A stretch of DNA of 64,000 nucleotides from Enoplolaimus lenunculus (lineage: Eukaryota). Below are positions 26,581 through 38,700 of this stretch, piece after piece. The notes below the pieces were generated by a model. It did no database searches, was not told where the DNA came from, and worked only from the letters and a program-made list of their open reading frames with translations. Both the position numbers and the translations under genes were made by a program. The stretch lies in NCBI GenBank assembly GCA_030248215.1, contig JASANG010001276.1, positions 186,001 to 250,000 on the forward strand, in the 5' to 3' direction. Numbering within the stretch: the first letter of the stretch is position 1; each line of letters begins with the position of its first letter.

Positions 26581-27309
26581 CTGCGTGCGCTTCCAGCATA
26601 CAAAGTCCGGCAGTATAGTTATTTGCATCGATCATACAAGTTTTGAGTAAACGGTATGGAGGACGTTTTTATATCATCGCTATAAACCGGAAATGCCCCA
26701 CACAAATATACAATCGGTGTGGAATGTCTGGTATATAGATTGTTTGCTAAGAAATTTAATGATTTTTTCAAATTTAGAATTTTCTATAAAACTAGACTTT
26801 TTACGCCAAAATTTGAGTTTATTCCTAATTTTGAATTTCCTGCCAAAATTTGAATTTCCACTAAAATTTGAATTTGTGCCAAAAGTGACATATTTTACCG
26901 CCGAAGATTTCATGTCCCGCCGAAGTTTGCATTACTCTATAACAGTTTTAATTTCCTGCAAAAGTGCAAAATTATGAAAGTTCGCGCGCCGTTTGAGAAG
27001 AATGAATTTGCTCCTACACCGTTGTCGAAAACGCCTAAATGTTAATCAGTTTGTGTCGGATGTGCTGCAACAAAAATAGTTTTTTGAAACATTGTGGACT
27101 ATTGAAAATACGGTCACACAAGCGAGATTTTATGTGTTTCTTTGTCCACCCGATCCAGAAACAACTCATGCTATTATTCTCTGTTTCTCGCTGGTTGTTT
27201 CAGTCATAATCTAAGAGCAGAGTGTAAACGCTTAAGCGTATAGTAAAAATGGTCCGTGTTTTACGCTGTTAACCGTTCCGCTGTTCCGGGACAGCGGCAA
27301 GCAGGAGTG

Positions 27310-27830
27310 CAGTGGACAGTGAACATATGAGACAACAGGACAGCTGGGACAACGGAACGGCCGGGATTGCAGGACAGCGGACAGCCGGGACAACGGGACA
27401 GCTGGTACTGGTGGTACATCTAGCATGGACAATTGGGGCAGTGGAGACAGCGAGGACTACTCGGACAGTGGGGACAGCGAGGACAACGGGGACAGCGGGG
27501 TAGCTGGGACAGTTGGGATAGCGGGGACAGCTGGAACAGGGGGCAGCTGGGACATAGGGGACAGCTGGGACAGCCAGGACAGTGGGATAACCGAAACAGT
27601 GGAGCAACTGGGCTAAGCTTAAATTTTTAAGCCGTAAGCCTAAGCCTATAACAAAACGTAAGTCTAGGCCAAGCCTAAACCTACGCTCTAGGTCTAAGCC
27701 AAAGCTTTGAAGCCTGAACCTAACCCAAAAGCTAATACTCTATTGCAGCCCCGCAGAAAAAAGCCTAAGCCTAAGCCTTAGGCTAAGACTAAGCCTTACT
27801 CGAAGTCCTAAGAATAGCCTAAGTTTAGCC
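27310..27830. repeat. GGGACAGCT-type 9-bp-based minisatellite (27310-27612) directly followed by degenerate (GCCTAA)n (27612-27830)
   Basis: Read directly from the sequence. Source of the Gly/Thr/Ala repeat ORFs. Confidence 0.85.
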
Positions 27831-30800
27831 TACAGATATGTATATATACGTGTATAAAATGCACATATATTTAACAAGCAGCCTCTAAAAGCGGCAATGA
27901 AGACGGGGTAAATAATACAAATATAAGATCAATTTTCCGAAAATACTATATTCTTCCCGTAGTCGATTGAGGTTATAGCAACAATAGACAATTAATGTGG
28001 CTCATCGAGTCTCACATGATCTGCCAGAAATTTCCACGATGTATATATATACATATACGGAGTGTTACCAGTGGATTGCCGTCAAATTTGTTAAACAATT
28101 CTCATTACCCTGTCCGCTGCCAAGAATGCAGCTTAGATAGTTAATCAGAAATCTGTTTCTTAACCTGAAATCTTGCAAGCTACAAATTTTAGTAACATGT
28201 GACTAAGTCACAAGAGTACACTGCAAAAATGGGGAGTCAAATTGACTCTCTCCGAAATAAGCTTTTCCTGACTACACAAACTGAGTCAAAATTCGACTCC
28301 GCCAAAGTCAAATTGAGTCAAATCGAATTTGACTCAGGCGGAGTCAAATTTTGACTAATTTTGTGAAGTCCGGAAAAGCCTATTTCGGAGAGAGTCAATT
28401 TGACTCTCCTTTTTTTTGCAGATTATCATAACAAAAAATAGTTTTGCTTCACATTAAAGGGGCACCACGAGCCTACAATTTCAGTTAGACCACCGCTAGT
28501 ATGTCTGAACGGTTAATTTGTAATGTATCAGTTTTAGTCAGCGACTTAGAAGTATTTTAGGAGTAGAATTAATTACTGTTTCCTACTGATACTGTCACTA
28601 AAGATCTGTAATTACTTTTGGCTAAAACTTTGACTGATTCATATTTTCTATTTAGAATTTGAATTTCTGTTTAAAATGCAAATCATTTTTCGTGCGTCCT
28701 ACTTGTTAAGTTTTTGCATATGGCTTTTTAAGTTTTTAATTTAAAAATAAAATATGTAAACATAATATCAATCAAGGATAAGCAACAAACTGTTGACAAA
28801 CTGTCATTGAGTAAAATACCGAAACGGATAGTGACCAAAACACGCCAAATGGCGAGAAATGACCGTTTTTGTAGTCTTATAACTAGGGATCCAAATAAGT
28901 TTCTCTCAAAAATTGAGAGGATGAGACTTTCATTGATACATCTAAGGCGGAACACTTCATTTAATCTTTGAATGAAACATTCAAAATTTGAAAACAGTCC
29001 TACAGTTTGTACAAATGACCAGAAAAAACAATACAACGTGGTAGCTATTTCCTCCGAAAACTAATATTTCGTCCCAGCCAGAAAAAATTAATCCACGGAA
29101 GATGCGCAACTAATAGCCTCTAGCACATAAGTCAACCGTCTTGTCCATTCGGCTCCGCCATCTCACCAGGACAAAATTGTACACAAATAAATCATATCCT
29201 AAAATGTGTAGTGTGTTGTGGATTTGTGTTTTCCATATAAAAGTACAAATGTGCATTGTGCATGTACATAAAGATATGCAAATCACCTTGACGGTAAACA
29301 CGACAAGATCAAAAATAGGTTTTGCAAAATCAGGGGGGACAAATAGGGCATATTTAAGGGGGTCATTTATGAATTAACCCTCGAAAAATTTCAGTTCTTT
29401 TCTATATTGTTGAAAGCAGAATTTTAGCAACTTTCATTTACCATAGAAAACCAAAATTTCATTAAGTAAGCTAGAATTATCGCCTTTTCTTTTTGCAAAT
29501 TTGGTAAAATTTACACCCCGAAACATCAACTGCATTTAATAGAGACGGCCTCCAGGCCGTCTCAAAAACGAAGATTTGACATAACCATAAAAATTATAAA
29601 TATATATATAAATATGTACATACACATTAGACCAGCTTGTTCGTTGTCCCGGGACCGCGGGTCGGCCTTCAGCGTAACATGGGTCGTAAAAATAACGGAA
29701 ACGGAAATACTTGAGACATACCAAAATTGTCCTATTGAATATCATATTAGAACTTGAAATTTGAACTTATGAATTATGACACTGTTTTCTAATCGATTTT
29801 GTGTCAGAAATGGCTGTGTAGACGTGTATTTAATATTTTAAAGCACATCTGTGCCTCTGCCGTCCGACTTTCCATTAATCTATTAGTGACCAAAGATTAC
29901 ACTGCCCCGCTATGAATATCATATGATATTCGCATAAATGTTCCGCAGTATAACGTGACATACCGTCCCATGTACACATTGATCTTGTGAGAGCGGTGGT
30001 CTGTAATAGAGCATTCTCGTTATACGATGTACAGCAATTCAAAATTCTGTCAACCCACCTCCTTTCAAGATTGGTACAAAACAGTACTGTCGGGAACGAA
30101 TACTGACAATAGAAATTCTGTGCATAGCAAATGCATTTTGACAGTACTCCCTTCGGAAGGAGTTTTAAGGACATTTTAGGCACTATTTGAGCAGTATATG
30201 GGACATTTTATGATAGTATTCATATTCGCTGTTGGGCATAACAGAGTTTTACCACTACCTGTTTCACACTACATTTTAATATTCCCAGGATAAGCAACAG
30301 AACTTATTTTTTTAATCAACTAAACAAGATAGTCCCTTCGAATAGACTAAGGACAAAACAGTAGTTGGTAACTACAACAAATGCTGACAAGATACAATCA
30401 CGGTATGCCAAAGAATGGAAATTTAAACATGGGATTGGTCGCAGAGCTGCTAGCCTATTAATCTTTTGCACTTTTAAATGTCCTAATTTAAAAATTCCGA
30501 AGCACAGAGTAGGGTGTCCTTAAACAGGGTACAAATTTTCAAAACTGTGTACACAGTAACGTGAATGCTCCATAATTAAATGTCATATGACATTCGAGTT
30601 TTCTCTGTTTACCCGATACGAGTGCTCGTATTTTAACGTTGACGTCGAATCAAAATGGGACAAACCGTGTCCTAAACATGCTGAATTGTACTGTGGTGCA
30701 ACCGGTTTGGCACGTAAAAGCGTCCTTTATCAAACCTATGGTTGCAGGTCCATATTTTCCGATTCATCAGGACAAAAAAGGGTATTAGATTGCAATCGTA

Positions 30801-31449
30801 CCTTCTACTAAAATTAGGAATTTACAAAGATTATCCGCAACTGTTGATAGGTGGAATGCCTACCTATGTTCTGAAGACTACTTAAATTCCTAAGCTAGTG
30901 TATGCAGTATGTTGCATTTTCGTAAATGTTGTTATTATCAGAATTATAGAGCAGAAACCGTTTTTGGAACGGACTCCAAGTTATAAAAAGTTTGCTCGGT
31001 ATTGGACTGTGGGAGATCTCGACTCCAGCCCCAATTGCCATCGCTTATGTGATTTTTATGTTCGGTAAAAATTGTAGTAGTTGCTAATCTTTAACCGTGA
31101 TACGCTGATTTGGTAAGTTTATGTTTGCGTTTCGAGACTACTGTGACATGCGGTTCATAAGTTGGATAGGCTAGGTACGACGGTTATAATGCTGAGTGCT
31201 TAGCAGCTGAAAATGAGGGACGTGCCCAGAGTCAGTCTAGGTAGGAACCGGGACATCAGACCTTTTACTAAGCAGCTGGAGAAGAGGGCTAGAGCGGGGA
31301 TCGAACTCTCAGCCTATGGATCCTTAAGCGAGCACTTAGCCCGCCTCTAAAACTGCATTTTTCGTCGACTATATGCGTCGACCGTACACCACTATGTGCA
31401 TTGCATTTATTGCATATGCACCAGGACAAGCATGTCTCACATGCTTACA

Positions 31450-32270
31450 CCCAGAAGGTTTCGGACTCGGTCGACAGATTAACAGTCCTGTTCGCTAGTC
31501 ACTGAGCCACGCCACCTCACCATCAACTGCTGAGTTTTTCTGTTTTTATTCCTTATAAGGGCCTCAACATTATACACATATATCTTGGTTCTTCATGTTT
31601 TTATCACTTTTGCATATGAAGTCACTGCATATGCATCAATGTTTTACCGATGTGCAATATTAGCATGAGGTTTCATTTTGCCTCCTGTATCCGCATGGGA
31701 CATCCATCGAATTTTCTACAAGGACGTCCCTTGACCGTCAACTTGTGTATTTTTGGTTCTACGGCGGCAGTTTGCCATTGCGGTTCCATCGCGGTCACCA
31801 TGTGATAAGTTGTGTAGGCTACAGTACGACGGTTTTACTTCTGTGTGCGCAGGGGACGTTCCCGGGAGGTTTCGAACTCGGTCGACAGATTATAAGTCCA
31901 GCGCGATAGCTAATGAGCCACGCCATCTCACCATCAACTGCTGAGTTTTTCTGTTTTTATTCCTTATAAGAACCTCAACATTATACACTTATATCTTGAT
32001 TCTTCCATATTTTAACCGCTTCTGCATATGACGGCACTACATATACATAATCGTTTTACCGATGTACAGCATCAGCATGAGGTTATTACTGGTTTCTATG
32101 CATCCGCATGTCACATCCCCCGGTTTTTCTTCAAGGTCGTCCTTTGACCGCCAACTTATATATTTTTGGTTCTACCGTGGCAGTTTGCCATTGCGGTCAA
32201 TCGTGGTCACCATGTGATAGGTTGGGTAGGCTAGAGTACGGCGGTTTTTAATTCTGCGTGTAGCATGAGG
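31450..32270 (-). repeat. ~411-bp tandem duplication, each unit containing a tRNA-like (A/B box) segment on the minus strand
   Basis: catcaactgctgagtttttctg recurs at ~31521 and ~31932. Minus-strand heads read TGGCGTGGCTCA..GGACT(GTT/TAT)AATCTGTCGACCGAGT(C/T)CGAAACC. Confidence 0.75.
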
Positions 32271-32778
32271 TTTATTTTGACTCAATGCATCCGCATGTCA
32301 CAACTGCAATCTGAGAACAAGGAGGCATGTCGACCGAAAAGGAGACTGGGGCCGACGACAACACGTTATTTGCGGGGCATAACAGGGGCCAGTTTTTATG
32401 TGCATTCTGTAATTGAGTTGCATAAAAACAATGCTATTGCGCCCGGCTCTCTTTGGAAAAATGTCTAACAAGAAATTACTGTACATGGAATTTTTTAATT
32501 TTCCCAGGGTTTGCTGTACACGTTGCCGAAAATATGGATTGTCTATTTTCCCACTGCTAGCTATCATATCCGTATAATGTATGTCATAGCTCATGTTGAT
32601 AGTTTTAGGTATTTCAAATTAGTTACTGGGCAAATGTAATATATTTTAAATTTAGAAAATGCATTTTAGTACGTATATATCCGTTTTCCGTATATATTAT
32701 AGTGTTTGTGTATCAATAACTTAGGGAAGTTTGAAAACTTTTTCTGTTATATACAGTGTTGTGATTGGCGTTAAAATT

Positions 32779-35700
32779 ATGACAAAGCGAAGCGTGTCTC
32801 TATCTCAAAGTCCAGATAGTCGTATATCTGGTAGCTCCGAACATTCGCCCGAGAGAAAGCGCTATGAACAGAAAGTTTCTCGAAACAGCAGATCTATCAA
32901 GCGTACACGTTATCCTACCAGATCCTCCAGGAGCCCAATCTCTAAAAAGACAACGAAAGACTATAGCCGCCATAGTGGCACTCCTGATTCAGCGTCTAAA
33001 CACAATCATTCTACGAAGCAGCATAGAAGCCAAACCCGAGAAAAAAACAAAATGTCTCCTAATTACAAGTTTAAAGTACGTTCAGAAGTTAGAATATCAA
33101 AACGGACGCGAAAGTCAAGCAGTCGCAGGAAAAGCCCCGAAGAGTATACCTCGCGGAAACTTCGACGCAAAGATGATTCACGTTATTGGCGTGCAACACA
33201 GGAAGACGTAAATAAACACAAATCGTATCGTAAAGCAAACGGTTCCTATGAGCGACCGCGAGATGCACGCAAAGATAGTCCACATACACAAGTGAAATCT
33301 GATAAGCAGTCCGACGAAATAACAGACCGATCAACTAAAAAAGACAATTTAAACTCAGAAACTGTAGAAGACTGGTTTGCTTCGAAACGAGCCCAAATTG
33401 AAAGTTCGACAAGCCGCCTAGCAGAAAATAGTGACACTACTCCGAAGAATAGTGTTGAGGGCAATAAACGGGCAAAAGTACCAACTGGTGTTTATATTCC
33501 TCCAGCAAAGCTGAAGATGCTTCAGGCCAAAATTGAAGATAAGTCCAGGTATGTGCTGCGGTTAGTATTAAGAGTGTCAGTAATATGGATAGAAATGTAT
33601 TTAACCTAAGTATTTATTCGTGTGTGCTGTGTTTAGTTATTTTTGTTCAATTTACAAAACTACGTTAGGGTATGCCATTTCTGTAAGCGTGTTAGTTGTT
33701 TGTAACTGATTAAATGCCGTTTTGCCATGAAACAGTCGACGGCTTTTTAAGCTTGCTTAACAACTTACTTAACTCAGCACCATAAGTAAATATCTTGGAA
33801 GGAAGTGTAGTTTTGCATCTTTTTGTAATGAATGCACTTCAAACCTAGAATGTGTGTTTAATGTTTGGTTGATGCGTTTGCACCATCCGTATACGCTCAT
33901 CGAGTTTAATGTTTGCTTAACTCGTGAACATTTTAGGCACGCAATGCTTAAGTACAGTGTAAGAAGATCAGCCAATGTTTAGTGCGTAATTGAAGCGCAG
34001 TCATCAGTGAACCTCGGACCTACTTACTTTTAATCAGTCTAGTTAAGCACGGCAAACTTATGAAGCACAAACGGATAGTTTGACGCAATTACTTTCCAGT
34101 AAAACTAATTTGCAACCTAGCTATTCATTGAGCGGTTTTGGAGGTTTATAAAAATTTTATTCCGATTGCTCGCACCCAAAACTCCTTTAGTACTGAATTT
34201 GATTACTTGTAACCAGGGTGCAACCGGAATTACAATTTACCGGAACCGGAACCGGAACCGGAATTTGAAAATTTTACCGGAACCGGAAAGTGAAAAATGC
34301 ATTTCACCAAAAATTTCATTTTAATCTTATTTTTTGCTCTATTATTTGTGAAATAACCTTAGTCGAACATAGGTATTCATTTTATTTGTTGTATTTTAGA
34401 TTTTCATCATCGACTGAAGTGAAATCCACCATCAATGGCTTATATTCGGAGTACAAGTGGCTTTCAAGAGAGATTGTTAAAAATTAGCAAAGTTAAGAAA
34501 ACGGCCAAATGATAATACCGGAATTTTTAAATCCGGTAAAAATTTACCGGAACCGGAACCGGAAGGTGAAAAAATGCCGGAACCGGAACCGGAATTCCGG
34601 TTGCACCCTGCTTGTAACCCTAATAACCAGTGAAATAATTTAAAAATTCCTAATTTAAGCTTAAGTAATTTAGCTAATATGCAAACTAGCTATTAGCTAA
34701 CTATTCAATTATCGATTTTGAAGGTTTATAAACAAATTTATCCAGATTTCTCGTACCAAAAAACCCTTTACGGACGAAATTAGATTGCTTGTAACCCTAA
34801 TAGTAAATGAAATACACTAAAAACTCCTAATTTAGGCTTAACCAATTATGCAAATTATTGCTTCACCTAATAAAACTTGTTTGTGGTATTGGTTGGTTGT
34901 GTTTCAGTGAGCAATACCAACGACTTGAATGGGAGCAGTTGAAAAAGAAAATTATGGGAAAAGTCAATAAAATCAACGTGGAAAATATAAAGGAAATTGT
35001 TTATGAGTTGCTCACTGACAACATTATCCGAGGAAAGTAAGTTCTGTACACGAACGAAAAGGAATGCACGTATATAGACTTGGTGCGTGAGCGTGCGCCA
35101 TCCGTTTTTACGTAGTCAGTTTTTTGTTGCTAAACGTTGACGGAATGGGAAGCAAACCGAAGCATTATAAGAAAGAAGTAGTAGTTGAAATGTTACAACA
35201 GTGGTCATTTAAAACTGAAGATATTCTTGGTATTTATAATGTTAATTTTTTGTTTATTGCAATTTCGAGACATTGAAGGTGTTATTGAAGGGTTGTCAAT
35301 ACATTGGCAATCGAAATGTTTTAGAGGTTTGTTGGCGCGCTCAGTTATACAAGCCCAAGCTTTTTCGCCTGCTTTCAGTAATGTTTATGCTGCTTTGGTT
35401 GCTGTTATTAATTCAAAGGTGGGTGCGATGACGCATGTAATGTAATTAAATTTATTCTTGATACTTATTTTTGGTAAAACGATATGTGTCTTCAGTAAGT
35501 TGGTGGCTATTATTTGTCTCTATCCGCAAAGTTTTGATAGATATTTTCATGTCATAACCGAACCGCACAGTTTTGATGGACATTTTAATGTCTCTAACCG
35601 CACAGTTTTGGCGGATGTTTTAATTTGACCTAAGAGGTATTTCGTCCCAGGTAAGACCTCGGCTCCGCCTCCATGGCCTGGGCCAGAATGTCAAGGGCCG

Positions 35701-38700
35701 TACGGTATTATGGAAAAGGCCAGAAAAAGTCAGGTCTTCAAAATGTTAAATATGCTCAGTGAGATATTTCGTACTTAATTTCTGGTTTCTTTTGCAGCTA
35801 TGGCTTCTACTTAAGTTCTTTGGGATTTGGACCGAGTTTAAGGTTGGAATTAATGTAATATGTATCACGGTGAATCATTTTGAAAACCTGACTCCTAGTT
35901 ATCCTCGGCCCGTGTAAAATTCATGACTCCGATACAGGTCTATTTGACTGTATATACGTTTCCCAGTGTTATACTGTTTTAAGTTTCCACACATCGGCGA
36001 GCTTATTGTGAGAAGACTTGTCGTCCAGTTCAAACGAGCGTTTCGTCGTAACGATAAAACTGTTGCTATTACCGCAACGAAGTTTTTAGCGCATTTGATA
36101 AATCAACAAGTGGTACATACCGTATTTTATTGTTCTATACTTTACTTTTTTAATCTTAGTATGGACACGAGGAAGGGATTTACTATATCTAACACAATGT
36201 GTTTGACAAATTAAGTGCAACCGGGTGACTTGTATGTTCGGGTGGATGCTGTACCGACTGATTCTATTGGGCTTGTGGTTATGAATATACTTGACAATTT
36301 ATTTGACTTGGGACAGCGAATCGTTGCCACACCGTTGTATATAGTAATTTTTGTTTACTTGCCCATGTTCGTTATATTATAATGTGGGTTAGATTATCTC
36401 TCTTGTCAAGATGAAAGTTAAATGCGACAGTATTATTATGTTAACGTCACAAAATAATTAACAAGATAGTTTTTGGAAGAATTTGTAAATGTTGGCAAAT
36501 GCATAGTAGCACAGCTCCATTCATAATTTATTTTGTTCACCGCTGCGTCTTGAAGTCTCAGGTTCATTTTATATTATACAACGCTCTGGCTATTCCCATT
36601 AACCTTGACATCTTTTAAGGTATTTGCATATCGAAGGTTTGTTATAGGTGCACGAAGTGTTAGCACTAGAAATTTTATGCCTTTTGGTTGACAACAAAAC
36701 TGATGACTCGGTTGAAATTGCAGTTGCATTTCTCAAGGAATGTGGAGCAAAGTTGAATGATGTTTGTCGTCGGGGACTTGACGGTAAGTGCCACTTATTT
36801 GCAACCATGGATGCAGGTCGATGAACTGTATTCAAAATATTGATGTTAGAAATGTTGTGAGCACCGAATGATTTGCAGTTTTAACGTATGACACTTAATG
36901 TTGTAATTAGCATTTTTGACCTTTCAGATGTTAACACGAGCTTGAGACAATTTTTAGTCATGCTAGTTTGTTATAAAAACCAGTGTTTGAAAATATGACG
37001 AGTTAGTCGATGATGACAAAATTTTATATTTATTGTAGCTGTTTTCGAGGAACTTCGAAATTTGCTGCCGATGCCGCAAATCACTGATCGCGTAAAGTAT
37101 ATGATCGAAGTTGCGTATGCAGTGCGTCGGGATGCTTTCAGCGTAAGTTTCACATTTCCATCACTCACATCACATATGTTTCAATTAATATTTTTTGTGA
37201 AGACGGTTTTGTGTTTTCATCGTCAAAAACTGCGCTCGCAGTAACACACTAAAATACTGCTAGCTCTTAATTCATTAAAACACTGAGCCTAGCTTTTCGG
37301 GTACGGATTATACCATTGACATGAATTAAATCGTAATTATGGGATAGATAACGGTAAAAATCCGTTTTAAAAGATTATTTATATATTATTAAGGTTCAAC
37401 GGCCGCAAAACGTTTTACCTAAATTATTGCTAGCAATGAAATGTAAGAGTGTATTTTAAGTTTAATTTGTTTCAGTTATGCAATCTAAAGTATAACCCAT
37501 CAACTTCTTTAAATTTTAAATCCATAAAAAGAGTTCAGCAATGGCGAGACTTCGAACTTATTTCCCTCAAAAATTAGCTTTCGGAAAAAAGGTTTAACGG
37601 TAAGATTCGTTTTAGCGTAATAATATTCTTGCAGGCTCATCCGTCGGTCATTGATGACTTAGATTTGGTGGAGGACGAAGACCAAATAACGCATACGATT
37701 TCACTGAATGATACATTGGATCCTGAAAATACGTTAAGTATGCTACATTCAGTTCAATTACTGTAAATCTCGAAATGGCACTTTAAGAACAGCTCATTTA
37801 AGTCTATATTATAACGGGGTGTGTCATAAAGTAAGTAATATTGCGATATAGCAATAGTCTACACTGTGTTTGTCACATACGTTTTGTTCTGTTTGAAAGT
37901 GAGTACCTTAAACTGCGACGTATTTATGACAAAAACTGACGTATCGAGACGGAAGTTCTATGATACTTGCATATTCTTCGAGTACTGCATTTCTTTCTAA
38001 AATAGGTTATATGGTTTTTTTTATACTTTTTAGATATTTTTCGATTCGATCCTGAGTTTGAAAAGAACGAAGATATGTATGAAGAAATCAAAAAAGGTAA
38101 GCAACATTCCCTAAAATTGCACTTATTTTCTGTTGTTTCTTAATGCAATAACAAAGTATATTTTTATAGCAGTTTAGGTGGTAGTATAAGAAGTTGCGAC
38201 CGGATACCAAAAAATCCGCAGCCGGAACCAGACACTGAAATATCCGGCCGGAGCCGATATTAAGTATATATTTCAATAAAAAGTAAACCTTAATAACGCA
38301 AAGTACTGTTTCGTGCTTTGTTATTCTTTGGACAAGGATTTCGAATTAACTGCGTTCCTTGATAGCTTTAGATCTGTTATCCCGAACAAAGATTACTGTG
38401 ATATCTTGTGCTTTTAGTTATAAACAATATTATCATACGGAGTTATGGCATTCTTTTTTGTGATGAATATCCGGCAAGTTATAATACCGGAGTCGGAACC
38501 GCACTGCTATTTTTTACCGGAGTCAGAATCGGTTTTACGGTTTTACCCGGCAGTGTAGTCATTAAAACTTCACTTAAATTTGCAAGTCTTTAATACATAA
38601 TAGGGAAATTTATATCATAATTACAGGGAATAGGTGCATTTTTTACAGATTATGTCTGTAATGATCTTGAAGCTTTAATCTTCGGAATTAATATATAATG

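Noticed and set aside
27232..27630. Gly/Thr/Ala- or Pro/Val-rich repeat proteins (antifreeze- or collagen-like ORFs)
   Set aside because: Several frames on both strands are open only because the 9-bp repeat lacks stops. No splice or start context.
31453..31931. Functional tRNA-Asn(GTT) / tRNA-Ile(TAT) genes
   Set aside because: Acceptor and T stems do not pair, and the two paralogous copies differ in the anticodon loop.
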